Origin: Nitrospirota bacterium
Lineage (GTDB): Bacteria; Nitrospirota; UBA9217
DNA length: 64,000 nt
Direction of reading: 5' to 3'
Assembly: GCA_049793155.1 (NCBI GenBank)
Contig: JBARBN010000009.1
Span: 34,268-98,267, forward strand
Part shown: in pieces, positions 17,772-26,434 of the stretch
How the letters are laid out: every line of letters begins with the position of its first letter
Position numbering within the stretch: position 1 is the stretch's first letter
The notes under the pieces: generated by a model
What the model saw: the letters and a program-made list of their open reading frames with translations, nothing else
Databases searched by the model: none
Told to the model about the DNA's origin: nothing
Made by a program: the position numbers and the translations under genes

Positions 17772-19155
17772 GATCAGAGCACTCGTCGTTGACGACGAAT
17801 CAAGTATCTGTGAGGCAATGAAGGCTATCCTTGAGATGGAAGGGATTGATGTTGCAGCGACGACGAGCAGTGTCGAGGCTGTCGATATGGTACGAAAGAG
17901 CTCTTTTGACCTCATTGTATCTGACCTAAAGATGCCGATTATGGACGGGTTTCAGTTCTACGAAAAGGTCCGGGAGATCGAGACCGACAGCATATTTATC
18001 ATTATTACAGCGTTCGGCACGATCCAGTCGGCCGTTGATGCAGTAAAAAAGGGGATATATGACTACATCCCCAAACCGTTTACGCCGGATGAAGTGCGGA
18101 TCCCGATCCGGAGGGCTCTGGAAAAGAAACGGCTTGAGATGGAGAATGTCGTTCTTCGTACGCAGATCGAGACGCGATATTCGTTCCAGAACATCATTGG
18201 CAACAGTCCGGAGATCCGCGAGACATTCCGAGTGATGCGCCATGCGGCATCGAGCGAGAGCAATATACTCGTGACCGGCGAGAGCGGCACGGGCAAGGAA
18301 CTGGTGGCAAGGGCGATTCACTCGAACAGCGTGCGGGCCCTCCGAAAGTTCGTGATAGTGAATTGCGGAGCTATTCCCGACGGGCTTATCGAGTCCGAGC
18401 TCTTCGGTCATGTGAGGGGGGCGTTCACCAGCGCGATTGCGGACAAGCGGGGGCTTGTGGAAGAAGCCGACAAGGGGACCCTGTTCCTTGACGAGATCGG
18501 TGAGCTTTCACCGCCGCTCCAGGTAAAACTGTTGCGAGTCCTGCAGGAAGGGGAGTTTGCACGCATCGGCGATGTTAAACCGCGAACGGTGAATGTGCGC
18601 GTCATTGCAGCTACAAACAAAGATCTGAAGAAGGCCATTGTTGAAAAGAACTTCCGAGAGGACCTTTTCTACCGGCTGAATGTGATCCCCATTGAAATGC
18701 CACCTCTTCGCCGGAGGAAGGACGATATTCCCCTTCTCGTTAATCATTTTATCGACAAACATAAGAACAAGGCGCCGGAAAAGAATATCGCCGGTATCGA
18801 CAAGGACGCCATGCAGGCGCTTCTGAATTACCATTTTCCGGGTAATGTCCGGGAGCTTGAGAACTCGATAGAGTATGCTATCGCTTTCACGGCTGGGCCG
18901 GTAGTGCAAAAAGACGATCTGCCGAAGTACATTCTTGAGGGTAAGCAGCTCAGCCAGGATGCGCAGAAGATCCCGATCATGCCGCTCAAGGACGCGAAGG
19001 GCCAGTTCGAAAAAAGCCTCATTATCGCCGCTCTGATTGAATCAGGCGGTAATATCTCCGAGGCGGCGCGAATGCTTAATGTCCACCGGCAGAATCTTCA
19101 GCAGAAGATCAGATTGCTTGGTATTGACATGCCTTCTGTCTCTCCCATTAAATAA
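17764..19155 (+). CDS. Sigma-54-dependent response regulator (NtrC family), cognate to the upstream kinase.
   Basis: Receiver (VVDDE...DLIVSDLKMP), [21 protein letters not shown] loop, C-terminal HTH. Overlaps the kinase stop by 8 nt. Confidence 0.9.
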   Translation: MDKIRALVVDDESSICEAMKAILEMEGIDVAATTSSVEAVDMVRKSSFDLIVSDLKMPIMDGFQFYEKVREIETDSIFIIITAFGTIQSAVDAVKKGIYDYIPKPFTPDEVRIPIRRALEKKRLEMENVVLRTQIETRYSFQNIIGNSPEIRETFRVMRHAASSESNILVTGESGTGKELVARAIHSNSVRALRKFVIVNCGAIPDGLIESELFGHVRGAFTSAIADKRGLVEEADKGTLFLDEIGELSPPLQVKLLRVLQEGEFARIGDVKPRTVNVRVIAATNKDLKKAIVEKNFREDLFYRLNVIPIEMPPLRRRKDDIPLLVNHFIDKHKNKAPEKNIAGIDKDAMQALLNYHFPGNVRELENSIEYAIAFTAGPVVQKDDLPKYILEGKQLSQDAQKIPIMPLKDAKGQFEKSLIIAALIESGGNISEAARMLNVHRQNLQQKIRLLGIDMPSVSPIK

Positions 19156-19293
19156 TTGAATGCCCCATAGAACCTCGCGGGTTTTCCCCCGTCACCGCTG
19201 CCCCAGCATGTGCAGTAATATCTTGCGCCCCCTTCTGCAGTAAAAAAACTGCACTTCATCTTCTAACATATTGAAAAATAACATGTAAACATC

Positions 19294-19309
19294 TGGCACG
19301 CCGCGTGCA
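19294..19309 (+). promoter_or_regulatory. Sigma-54 (-24/-12) promoter upstream of the USP-like gene.
   Basis: TGGCACG-ccgc-GTGCA has exact GG-N10-GC spacing and matches TGGCACG-N4-TTGCA at 14/16 positions. It lies ~60 nt upstream of the 19368 ATG. Confidence 0.65.
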
Positions 19310-19367
19310 ATGTAGTTATATCAGAAGCGAGAAGAAAATTATGGAAATCTATAAGGAGGTAGGAAAA

Positions 19368-19799
19368 ATGAAGATCATGGTCGCCTATGACGGAACATTG
19401 CAGGCTAAAGAAGCTCTGGTGTATGGTTTGGACAAAGTTCGGGAGAAGGGTGGTGAGGTAGTGGCTCTGCATGTGTTCAACAGCGGTATGTTCATAGATT
19501 ACGATGCTACCGTTTATGCGCGGGGTATGGCAAAGGCTGAATCGGAACAGTTTATTAATGAGGCGAAGGCGATCATCCGCGAGAAGGGCAAAGGTGTGAA
19601 GGCGAGCTTATTCAGCACTGAAGGAAATCCGACCGAGGAAGTTATCGGTTTTGCAAAGTCAGAGAAAGTGGATGTTCTGCTCTGCCCGCCAAAGTTCACG
19701 AAGATCATCAACAAATATCAGAGGGCTGTGGCTGAATCCGAACTCGCGAGCGAAGCGGCAAAGCTGCACGTTGCCGCAGTTTCCACGAAGACGATGTAG
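19368..19799 (+). CDS. USP-like (adenine nucleotide alpha-hydrolase fold) protein, single domain.
   Basis: AAGGAGG RBS. The N-terminus KIMVAYDGT...GGEVVALHVFNSGMFIDYDA is paralogous to the 20720 protein. Lacks the classic C-terminal ATP-binding glycine motif. Confidence 0.6.
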   Translation: MKIMVAYDGTLQAKEALVYGLDKVREKGGEVVALHVFNSGMFIDYDATVYARGMAKAESEQFINEAKAIIREKGKGVKASLFSTEGNPTEEVIGFAKSEKVDVLLCPPKFTKIINKYQRAVAESELASEAAKLHVAAVSTKTM

Positions 19800-19848
19800 C
19801 CTTGCGAAATACCAGCTAGAATGAGGTGTTTTCACCGGGAGAACTACC

Positions 19849-20052
19849 ATGGAATTTGAACACGCATATATACAATCGAATTTTTTTATGATCTTTCAGA
19901 TGTTGTTCATGGGATCGCTGATCGTGCCAAGCATTATCGGGAGGATAGATCTTTACGGGAAGGTTATGAGGGTGCTTGCGTCGAATGTCATAAGTTTTGG
20001 ACCAGTTGCCCTTCTTGTGTATATTCTCTATCACGTTTCGCATTTAAACTGA
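19849..20052 (+). CDS. Small hydrophobic protein (67 aa), possible paralog of the 20070-20285 product.
   Basis: GGGAGAA RBS. Predicted TM segments. Shares M-x-[FI]-E...I...IFQ[ML]L...P-x-II-x-R spacing with the neighbouring minus-strand 71-aa protein. A competing antisense ORF (19816-20043) has no such support. Confidence 0.3.
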   Translation: MEFEHAYIQSNFFMIFQMLFMGSLIVPSIIGRIDLYGKVMRVLASNVISFGPVALLVYILYHVSHLN

Positions 20053-20069
20053 AGAGAACTTGATCAGGT

Positions 20070-20285
20070 TTAGGGTTCGAACTTGGTCATGTCGATCTCC
20101 CAGAATTTATGAGACTTGTGGTTGGTTTTGGGTGATTTTAATTGAAGCAACGGGGTCTTGAACCACTTCCAGATTCTGAGCAGCTCCCGATGGATAATGG
20201 GTGCTTCAGCAGCAATAGCCAGAGCAGCCAATAGCTGAAAGATAAGGATGTTTCTGAGGTTAATTGCAAGTGTCTCGATATGCAT
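20070..20285 (-). CDS. Small membrane protein (71 aa), second gene of a two-gene minus-strand operon.
   Basis: GAGGAGG RBS 5 nt upstream of the ATG (complement of 20283-20285). Hydrophobic helix LIFQLLAALAIAAEAPII. It follows the small conserved ORF after a 23-nt gap. Confidence 0.45.
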   Translation of the reverse strand: MHIETLAINLRNILIFQLLAALAIAAEAPIIHRELLRIWKWFKTPLLQLKSPKTNHKSHKFWEIDMTKFEP

Positions 20286-20308
20286 ATTGCCTCCTCGAGA
20301 TAAAAAAA

Positions 20309-20443
20309 TTAAGATGCTTGGATATTGACTGTATCTTGACAATGTGGTTGCAAATCCTGCACGGCAACAGGTTCATAAACGCCTGCTTCTGCGAATGTAA
20401 TAGCAACCCAAAGGTCTTCGAGCATCGCGATAAACTTTTTCAT
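20309..20443 (-). CDS. Small conserved hypothetical protein (44 aa), paralog of the 12549-12695 product.
   Basis: GGAGG RBS. MKKFIAMLEDLWVAITFAEAGVYE... shares 17 of its first 26 residues with the other copy (MEKLIKMIEDVMVAITFAEAGEFD). Nucleotide differences are concentrated at third codon positions. Below the ORF-track size cut-off. Confidence 0.55.
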   Translation of the reverse strand: MKKFIAMLEDLWVAITFAEAGVYEPVAVQDLQPHCQDTVNIQAS

Positions 20444-20510
20444 AGGAGCCTCCCAGGCATCTGAATTTTAAACATTGCTTCTCTTGTTTGATGTAATATA
20501 TAGCAATGGG

Positions 20511-20527
20511 CATGCCTGATTTTAATA
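20511..20527 (-). promoter_or_regulatory. Candidate sigma-54 promoter for the small-protein operon.
   Basis: The minus strand reads AGGCATG-ccca-TTGCT with correct GG-N10-GC spacing, ~58 nt upstream of the 20443 start. The -24 half is imperfect. Confidence 0.3.
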
Positions 20528-20719
20528 TATTGAATTCATTGTATGTTTAAGTAATATTATTGAAGTGGTGCAATTTATATGTGCTCTTATAAGGATATGC
20601 TTAATTGAGATGCAAATAATTGCTAATAAAATAACAGGTTATTAATGCATCTATATGATGCACCAATAGTGCATGTTGAACATACTGTAGCAGTCTGGTT
20701 GGCAGAAATGAGGTTGCTT

Positions 20720-21511
20720 ATGAAGATCCTTACGATATTTGATGGCACAATTCAGTCCAAAACCGCCCTTCGCTATGGGATAAAGAAGGCAAAGGAAAAG
20801 GGTGGAGAGGTCATAGTCCTGCATGTATTCCAGAACAACTTGTTCATTGACTACGACGCCAGTCCCAAGGCAGAGGAAATTGCCCGTACAGAGGCAAAGA
20901 GGCACCTGCAAGATGCCGAGAAAATTATAAGGGATGCCGGTCAGGATGTGAGTGTAAAGATTATTTCTGTGGAGGGAGATCCCGCAGAGGAAGCTTTGCG
21001 TGTTTCAGCAGCCGAGCATGCAGGACTGATCCTGACCTCGCCGCGCTATAGGTCGATCGTTAAGAAGGCCTCCTGCCCGGTATACGTCATGCCCGGAACC
21101 ATCCTGGTCCCCATAGGCAGCTCTGACATGCCGCTGGCCAACAAAGAGAACATTATTGAAGAGACAAAGGCCACGATTTCGAAGGTATTGCTCCTTGGCA
21201 TTGTTCCTGTTCATCTCTACAGCGCTGGAGAAAAAGCGGAGCTTGAGCAGGTGAGGAAGTCGACAACCGCGACGCTAAAGAAGATCAAAAGCGCATTGAC
21301 CAAAGAGGGTATCGAGGTTTCAGAGGCGATCAAATCCGGCTATCCGGACGAGGAAATACTGAAGGCAGCTGAAGAATACTCAGTGTCTTTGATCATGCTG
21401 CCGGCAGGCGGAAAGACACCGTCCGAACTGACCAAGGCCGCGGCTATTTTACTCGATGAGCCGGAGCGTGTGCGCATGCCGATCCTGCTCATGGGCGAGG
21501 CAGGGACATAA
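20720..21511 (+). CDS. Tandem USP-like protein, paralog of the 19368 gene.
   Basis: MKILTIFDGTIQSKTALRYGIKKAKEKGGEVIVLHVFQNNLFIDYDA aligns with the 19368 product. A second USP-like half follows (ILVPIGSSDM...). The ORF-track start at 20645 is probably an extension. Confidence 0.6.
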   Translation: MKILTIFDGTIQSKTALRYGIKKAKEKGGEVIVLHVFQNNLFIDYDASPKAEEIARTEAKRHLQDAEKIIRDAGQDVSVKIISVEGDPAEEALRVSAAEHAGLILTSPRYRSIVKKASCPVYVMPGTILVPIGSSDMPLANKENIIEETKATISKVLLLGIVPVHLYSAGEKAELEQVRKSTTATLKKIKSALTKEGIEVSEAIKSGYPDEEILKAAEEYSVSLIMLPAGGKTPSELTKAAAILLDEPERVRMPILLMGEAGT

Positions 21512-21901
21512 GGAAAAGTCTTTAAAGATCTTACTCGTCCGTACCTGTTATTCACTAAACACGGGTTGTTTGCGAATCGCGCTTTTTCCCTGTGATTTAC
21601 AGGTCTTTTTAACAGCTATTCTGCCTGCATGTACTTGCCGTGTTCGCCGTACATCTCTCACGCTCCCCCACATGAAAACCCAAGATTGTATCGTCGAGGG
21701 TTACCCCATTAACACGCTTAGTTTTGACCTATGAACTTGCGATCCGCCGGCGAATTTGATCATACTAATTTTAATAGAAGTACTATTCGCGTTCCGGCTG
21801 CCGGCCGAACGCGAAAATTATATGCGCGGCATCCGGATAAGCGGAGGCCTGGAGAGCACGATGCAGCTTCTCTTTGTCAGGCGAGCCGCGCATCATTCGT
21901 C

Positions 21902-23848
21902 TTATTTCGTCTGAGTTCTTGTGTAGTTCAGCATCCCGCCTGCCAGAAGAATGTCACGCTGTCTCACGCTCAATGCGCATTTCAGTGGAACGCTCCTGCC
22001 CCTCGTCGTGTCTTTGAGCATCAGGTCTGTTCCCGCCTCGAGCGCGGCTTTGATCGTGCCGATCTCGATCGTATCATTTGCTGCGATAACATCATAGTCC
22101 GCATCGTTCGTGAAGGTAAGCGGCAGGATGCCAAAGTTAATGAGGTTCGCAGCATGGATGCGCTCAAACGATTTTGCGATCACCGCCTTGACACCAAGGT
22201 ACATGGGACAGATAGCCGCATGTTCACGGCTCGAACCCTGACCGTAGCTTGCACCTGCGATCACAATATTGTGTTTCCCGGCCTTTTTGTTCTCGAGCGC
22301 TTTTTTCGCAAAGGACGCATCAACACCCTCGAACACGAATTCCGCGTACTTCGGAATATTCGAGCGATACTTTAGTCTCGACCCCGCGGGCATGATGTGG
22401 TCCGTGGTGATCTTGTCGCCGACCTTGATCGCCACCACACCCCGGATGAAGTCAGAAAGCGGTTCCGCTGCGGGCGGATCACCGATGTTCGGACCCCGGT
22501 AGACCGTCACCGACAGCGGGTCTTTGGCCGGAGGAAGGATCATCGAGTCGTCAATCCAGAATTGCTCGGGCATGGAGATCTCGGGATAGGGGATGCTGAG
22601 ATCGCGGGGATCCATGATTCCGCCGGTGAGCGCGGCCGCAACTGCGGACTCGGGGCTTGCGAGGTAGACCTTTGCGCTCTTGGTGCCCGAGCGGCCTTCA
22701 AAGTTTCGGTTGCTTGTACGCACCGAGACTGCGTCGGTCTTCGGTGCCTGACCGCTTCCGATGCAGAAACCGCAGGTCGATTCGAGGACCCTTGCTCCCG
22801 CGGAGACGATATCCGCCATTGCCCCGTTCCTGGCAATCATCTCGAGCACCTGGCGAGAGCCAGGCGCTACGCCAAAGCTTACATCGGGAAAGACCCGTCT
22901 TCCCTTCAACATCGACGCCACGATCATCAGGTCACGATATGAAGAGTTCGTGCATGAGCCGACCATAACCTGGTCTACTTTCGTTCCTGCTAATTCCTTC
23001 ACCGTATCGATATTATCGGGGGAGTGCGGCTTTGCCATCATCGGCTCGATGGAGCCCAGGTCAAGGTCGATCACTTTATTATAGTCCGCATCAGTATCAG
23101 CCGTCAGTGCTGACCAATCAGATTCTCTTCTTTGCGCCTTGAGAAATGACCGGGTGATGTCATCGCTCGGAAAGACTGATGTGGTCACGCCGAGTTCAGC
23201 GCCCATGTTTGTGATGGTCGCGCGTTCGGGCACGGAAAGCGTTTTGATACCGTCGCCGCCGTATTCTATCACGGTGCCGACGTTGCCCTTGGTCGTGAGC
23301 ACTTTGAGGACCGTGAGGATGACGTCCTTGGCCGAGACCCAGGGCCGGAGCTTTCCAGAAAGGCCGACCTTCACCACCTTGGGGCAGGTGAGGTAGAATG
23401 GTCCGCCGCCCATGGCCACCGCTACATCGAGTCCGCCTGCGCCGATGGCGATCATGCCGATGCCGCCGCCGGTGGGTGTATGAGAATCAGACCCGAGCAG
23501 CGTCCTGCCGGGCCTTCCAAAACGCTCGAGATGCACCTGATGGCAAATTCCATTCCCTGCTTTCGAGTAGTAGATTCCGTATTTGGATGCGACGGTCTGC
23601 AGATACCGGTGGTCGTCGGCGTTCTCGAACCCGTCCTGAAGCGTGTTGTGGTCCACGTAGCTCGCCGAAAGCTCTGTCTTGACCCGCGGTACGTCCATGG
23701 CCTCGAACTGCAGATAGGTCATGGTGCCGGTTGCGTCCTGCGTCAGCGTCTGATCGATCCTGATCGCGATTTCAGTCCCCGGCTCAAGTTTACCCGTGAC
23801 CAGGTGGGACTCCAGAATTTTATAAACAAGATTATTCCCCATGCTCAT
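21902..23848 (-). CDS. Aconitase-family hydratase (~649 aa, fused large and swivel domains; short Aquifex-type aconitase).
   Basis: Fe-S cluster ligand regions (GSDSHT, GSCTNSS, CGFCIG-type motifs), SR-containing substrate loop, C-terminal swivel domain. The start at MSMGNN has a GGGAG RBS. The ORF-track extension to 23992 is likely not translated. Confidence 0.75.
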   Translation of the reverse strand: MSMGNNLVYKILESHLVTGKLEPGTEIAIRIDQTLTQDATGTMTYLQFEAMDVPRVKTELSASYVDHNTLQDGFENADDHRYLQTVASKYGIYYSKAGNGICHQVHLERFGRPGRTLLGSDSHTPTGGGIGMIAIGAGGLDVAVAMGGGPFYLTCPKVVKVGLSGKLRPWVSAKDVILTVLKVLTTKGNVGTVIEYGGDGIKTLSVPERATITNMGAELGVTTSVFPSDDITRSFLKAQRRESDWSALTADTDADYNKVIDLDLGSIEPMMAKPHSPDNIDTVKELAGTKVDQVMVGSCTNSSYRDLMIVASMLKGRRVFPDVSFGVAPGSRQVLEMIARNGAMADIVSAGARVLESTCGFCIGSGQAPKTDAVSVRTSNRNFEGRSGTKSAKVYLASPESAVAAALTGGIMDPRDLSIPYPEISMPEQFWIDDSMILPPAKDPLSVTVYRGPNIGDPPAAEPLSDFIRGVVAIKVGDKITTDHIMPAGSRLKYRSNIPKYAEFVFEGVDASFAKKALENKKAGKHNIVIAGASYGQGSSREHAAICPMYLGVKAVIAKSFERIHAANLINFGILPLTFTNDADYDVIAANDTIEIGTIKAALEAGTDLMLKDTTRGRSVPLKCALSVRQRDILLAGGMLNYTRTQTK

Positions 23849-24033
23849 TTGACTCCCATACAAGGATTGAATATCCGCGACATTATATTTCAAGAACGCA
23901 GAGAAGACAACTGGAATTTTGAAATTTGCGTGGGCCAGTCTGCAAACCTCCTGGTTCTGTGCTATATTAACAGCAGTGCTTGACAAAGGCACGCGCTGCT
24001 ATAATCACTATCACTTTCGAAGGAGGCACAAGC

Positions 24034-24459
24034 ATGGTACAGAAAGCGAGTCCAAAGCTGACGGAAATGATGAACCAGGCAATAGCGGGAGAGCTCCAGG
24101 CCATCGTCCAGTACATGTGGCACCACATCATGGTGAAAGGATTGAACTCTTCTTCCCTCATGGATGTGTTCGAGGACATCTCAGTGGAGGAGATGAAGCA
24201 TGCGGAAAAGATCGCAGAGAGATTGTTTTATTTTGATGTCAATCCCACCATCAAGCCAAACCCCATTGCAGTGGGCGGCACCGCCGAGCAAATGCTGAAG
24301 GCCGATGTAAAGGCCGAGGAAGAGGCAATCACTCTGTACAAGGACATCATCAAGCTGGCGGCTACCGAAGGGGATGAGACTACGCGGCTCCTCTTTGAGG
24401 AAATCCTTTCGCAGGAAGAGGGCCACCACGACACATTCACCACGCTTTTGGGACAGTAA
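24034..24459 (+). CDS. bfr: Bacterioferritin.
   Basis: The 141-aa product aligns along its length with E. coli Bfr (ELxAIxQY, EEMKHAE, EEGH motifs). GGAGG RBS. Confidence 0.75.
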   Translation: MVQKASPKLTEMMNQAIAGELQAIVQYMWHHIMVKGLNSSSLMDVFEDISVEEMKHAEKIAERLFYFDVNPTIKPNPIAVGGTAEQMLKADVKAEEEAITLYKDIIKLAATEGDETTRLLFEEILSQEEGHHDTFTTLLGQ

Positions 24460-24467
24460 ATGAAAAA

Positions 24468-24494
24468 GGCAGGCGCATGCCTGCCTTTTAAATC
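24468..24494. terminator. Bidirectional terminator hairpin between bfr and the convergent USP gene.
   Basis: AGGCAGGCGCATGCCTGCCT palindromic stem flanked by A-run and T-run. Confidence 0.6.
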
Positions 24495-24605
24495 CCAAGT
24501 ATCGAATCTCAAATAAACCGCCTATTGAAATAGACCAACCTTCGAACGTTTCGGTTATTGGAGATTGTTTCGGGATTTGTTATTTCATGTCGGGGCCGGT
24601 GTCCG

Positions 24606-25067
24606 TCATGGCATTTTGAACTCTTTGCCCGCAATCCGCACGGTAAGAACGGGGCAGGAGGATTTACGCACGACCTTCTCCGCGGTGCTGCCGAAGAGCA
24701 TATGGTCTATGCCCGTCCTGCCGTGGGTGCCGATGACGATAAGATCAGCGCTCCTGTCCTTTGCCGTCCGGATGATCTCGACGAACGGCACACCGCGTAC
24801 GACCGCCTTCTCCACGTCCTTCACCTGTTGAGAGACCTCTGCAAACCATTTGTCCATCTCCTGCCACGCACTCTTCTGCATATCCTCCAGCAGATCGCCC
24901 ACGGAGAGCGACGAAGGGATATACCACTCCGCAATGCTGATATCCTGAATCACATAGAGCAGGATGAGCTTTGCCTGGTAATCCTTTGCAAGCGAGCTCG
25001 CATGGTCCATGGCCGCACGGGCCCCGTTCGAGAAGTCAGTTGGGAATAAAATAGTCTTGATCTGCAT
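24606..25067 (-). CDS. Universal stress protein UspA.
   Basis: ILFPTDFS... and LIVIGTHGRTGIDHMLFGSTAEKVV motif; GAGGAGG RBS. Confidence 0.85.
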   Translation of the reverse strand: MQIKTILFPTDFSNGARAAMDHASSLAKDYQAKLILLYVIQDISIAEWYIPSSLSVGDLLEDMQKSAWQEMDKWFAEVSQQVKDVEKAVVRGVPFVEIIRTAKDRSADLIVIGTHGRTGIDHMLFGSTAEKVVRKSSCPVLTVRIAGKEFKMP

Positions 25068-25202
25068 AGGACCTCCTCGGGCTTATTTTAGTGTAAGTTT
25101 AGCTCCGGTCAGGAGCACTGTCAAACGAAAAGAAGAGGTAATATCAGACTACCGTTTAATTAGTGCAGATGTCCGAATGCGTTGAAACAAGGAAAAAAAT
25201 CA

Positions 25203-25231
25203 TTGACAATTTTCCATCAGGCTGTTATAAA
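25203..25231 (+). promoter_or_regulatory. Near-consensus sigma-70 promoter abutting the ilvE start.
   Basis: TTGACA, a 17-nt spacer, then TATAAA. The -10 ends 8 nt before the ATG at 25240. Confidence 0.45.
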
Positions 25232-25239
25232 TGTCGCCT

Positions 25240-26181
25240 ATGCTAGAGGCAACAGAAAAGATATGGATGAATGGAACGTTCGTGAAGTGGGACGACGCGA
25301 AGGTGCATGTCCTTACACACACGCTCCATTACGGGACCGGTGTGTTCGAGGGCATCCGCTGTTATAAAACCGATTCGGGTTCGGCAGTGTTCAAGTTGCA
25401 GGAGCACGTCGACCGCCTCTTCGACTCGGCCCATATCTGTCAAATGGATATTTCTTTTACCCGCGGGGACGTGGCCGAGGCGATCCTCGAAACGATCCGT
25501 ATAAACAAGATTGAGGCGTGCTACATCAGGCCACTAGTGTACCTGGGCTACGGCGCCATGGGCATTCTGCCCAAGGATAACCCGGTCCAGGTCTCGATCG
25601 CGGTCTGGCCATGGGGCAGCTATCTTGGCGAAGAGGGGCTTAAGAACGGCATCCGTGTCAAGATCTCGTCCTTTTGCAGGCCCAATGTGAACGCGACCAT
25701 GGTGCGTTCCAAGACCACGGCGAACTATGCGAATTCTCTGCTTGCCAAGCGCGAAGCGCTCAGTGACAACTACGACGAAGCGATACTGCTCGACACTGAC
25801 GGCTACGTTGCCGAGGGAAGCGGTGAGAACGTATTCATGGTGCGGAAAGGTGTGATCAAGACGCCTCCGCTCACGTCCATTCTGGAAGGCATCACCCGTG
25901 ACACGATCATGCAGCTCGCTGCCGAACGCGGGATGCGTCTCGTGGAAGAGCGGTTCACGCGGGACGAGCTCTATGTCGCTGACGAGGCCTTCTTCACCGG
26001 CACTGCGGCAGAGATCACGCCGATCCGTGAAGTGGACAATCGCAGCATCGGTGAAGGCAGGCCGGGACCGGTTACGAAGGCGCTGCAGTCAGCGTTCTTT
26101 GATGTCGTCCACGGCCGTGACGGCCGTCATGCAGACTGGCTCACCTCCATCACGGCGTCGCAGCCGGCGATGAAACAATAA
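25240..26181 (+). CDS. ilvE: Branched-chain amino acid aminotransferase IlvE (PLP fold type IV).
   Basis: [36 protein letters not shown] matches the IlvE N-terminus. The 25240 start gives a bacterial-like length. The ORF-track start at 25231 would sit inside the -10 element. Confidence 0.8.
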   Translation: MLEATEKIWMNGTFVKWDDAKVHVLTHTLHYGTGVFEGIRCYKTDSGSAVFKLQEHVDRLFDSAHICQMDISFTRGDVAEAILETIRINKIEACYIRPLVYLGYGAMGILPKDNPVQVSIAVWPWGSYLGEEGLKNGIRVKISSFCRPNVNATMVRSKTTANYANSLLAKREALSDNYDEAILLDTDGYVAEGSGENVFMVRKGVIKTPPLTSILEGITRDTIMQLAAERGMRLVEERFTRDELYVADEAFFTGTAAEITPIREVDNRSIGEGRPGPVTKALQSAFFDVVHGRDGRHADWLTSITASQPAMKQ

Positions 26182-26286
26182 CAATCCTCTACAGAGCAGA
26201 CAGAGGTTGCAGCGATATTATAAAATGCTTGATTTCGGCCTTCTCTGTGTTCTTTGCGAACTTTGCGTCAAAAGCGTTCAACAAGT

Positions 26287-26371
26287 GCCGAAGTGGTGGA
26301 ACTGGTAGACACGCACGTTTGAGGGGCGTGTGGGGCAACCCATGGGGGTTCGAGTCCCCCCTTCGGCACCA
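26287..26371 (+). tRNA. tRNA-Leu (anticodon GAG), type II with long variable arm.
   Basis: GCCGAAGTGGTGGAACTGGTAGACACGCACGTTTGAGGGGCGTG + variable arm + GGGGGTTCGAGTCCCCCCTTCGGCACCA. Anticodon loop TTGAGGG; 85 nt. Confidence 0.8.
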
Positions 26372-26434
26372 ATTTTTTTCGCATCGAATTGCATCTAAGC
26401 ACAGCATGCCCTCTCGCAGTCCTGAATCGATCTG

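Noticed and set aside
21731-22375. 214-aa plus-strand ORF overlapping the 3' end of the aconitase-family gene.
   Set aside because: It lies mostly antisense to the aconitase C-terminus. Its composition is Arg/Cys-rich in the way typical of out-of-frame GC-rich sequence, and it has no RBS.
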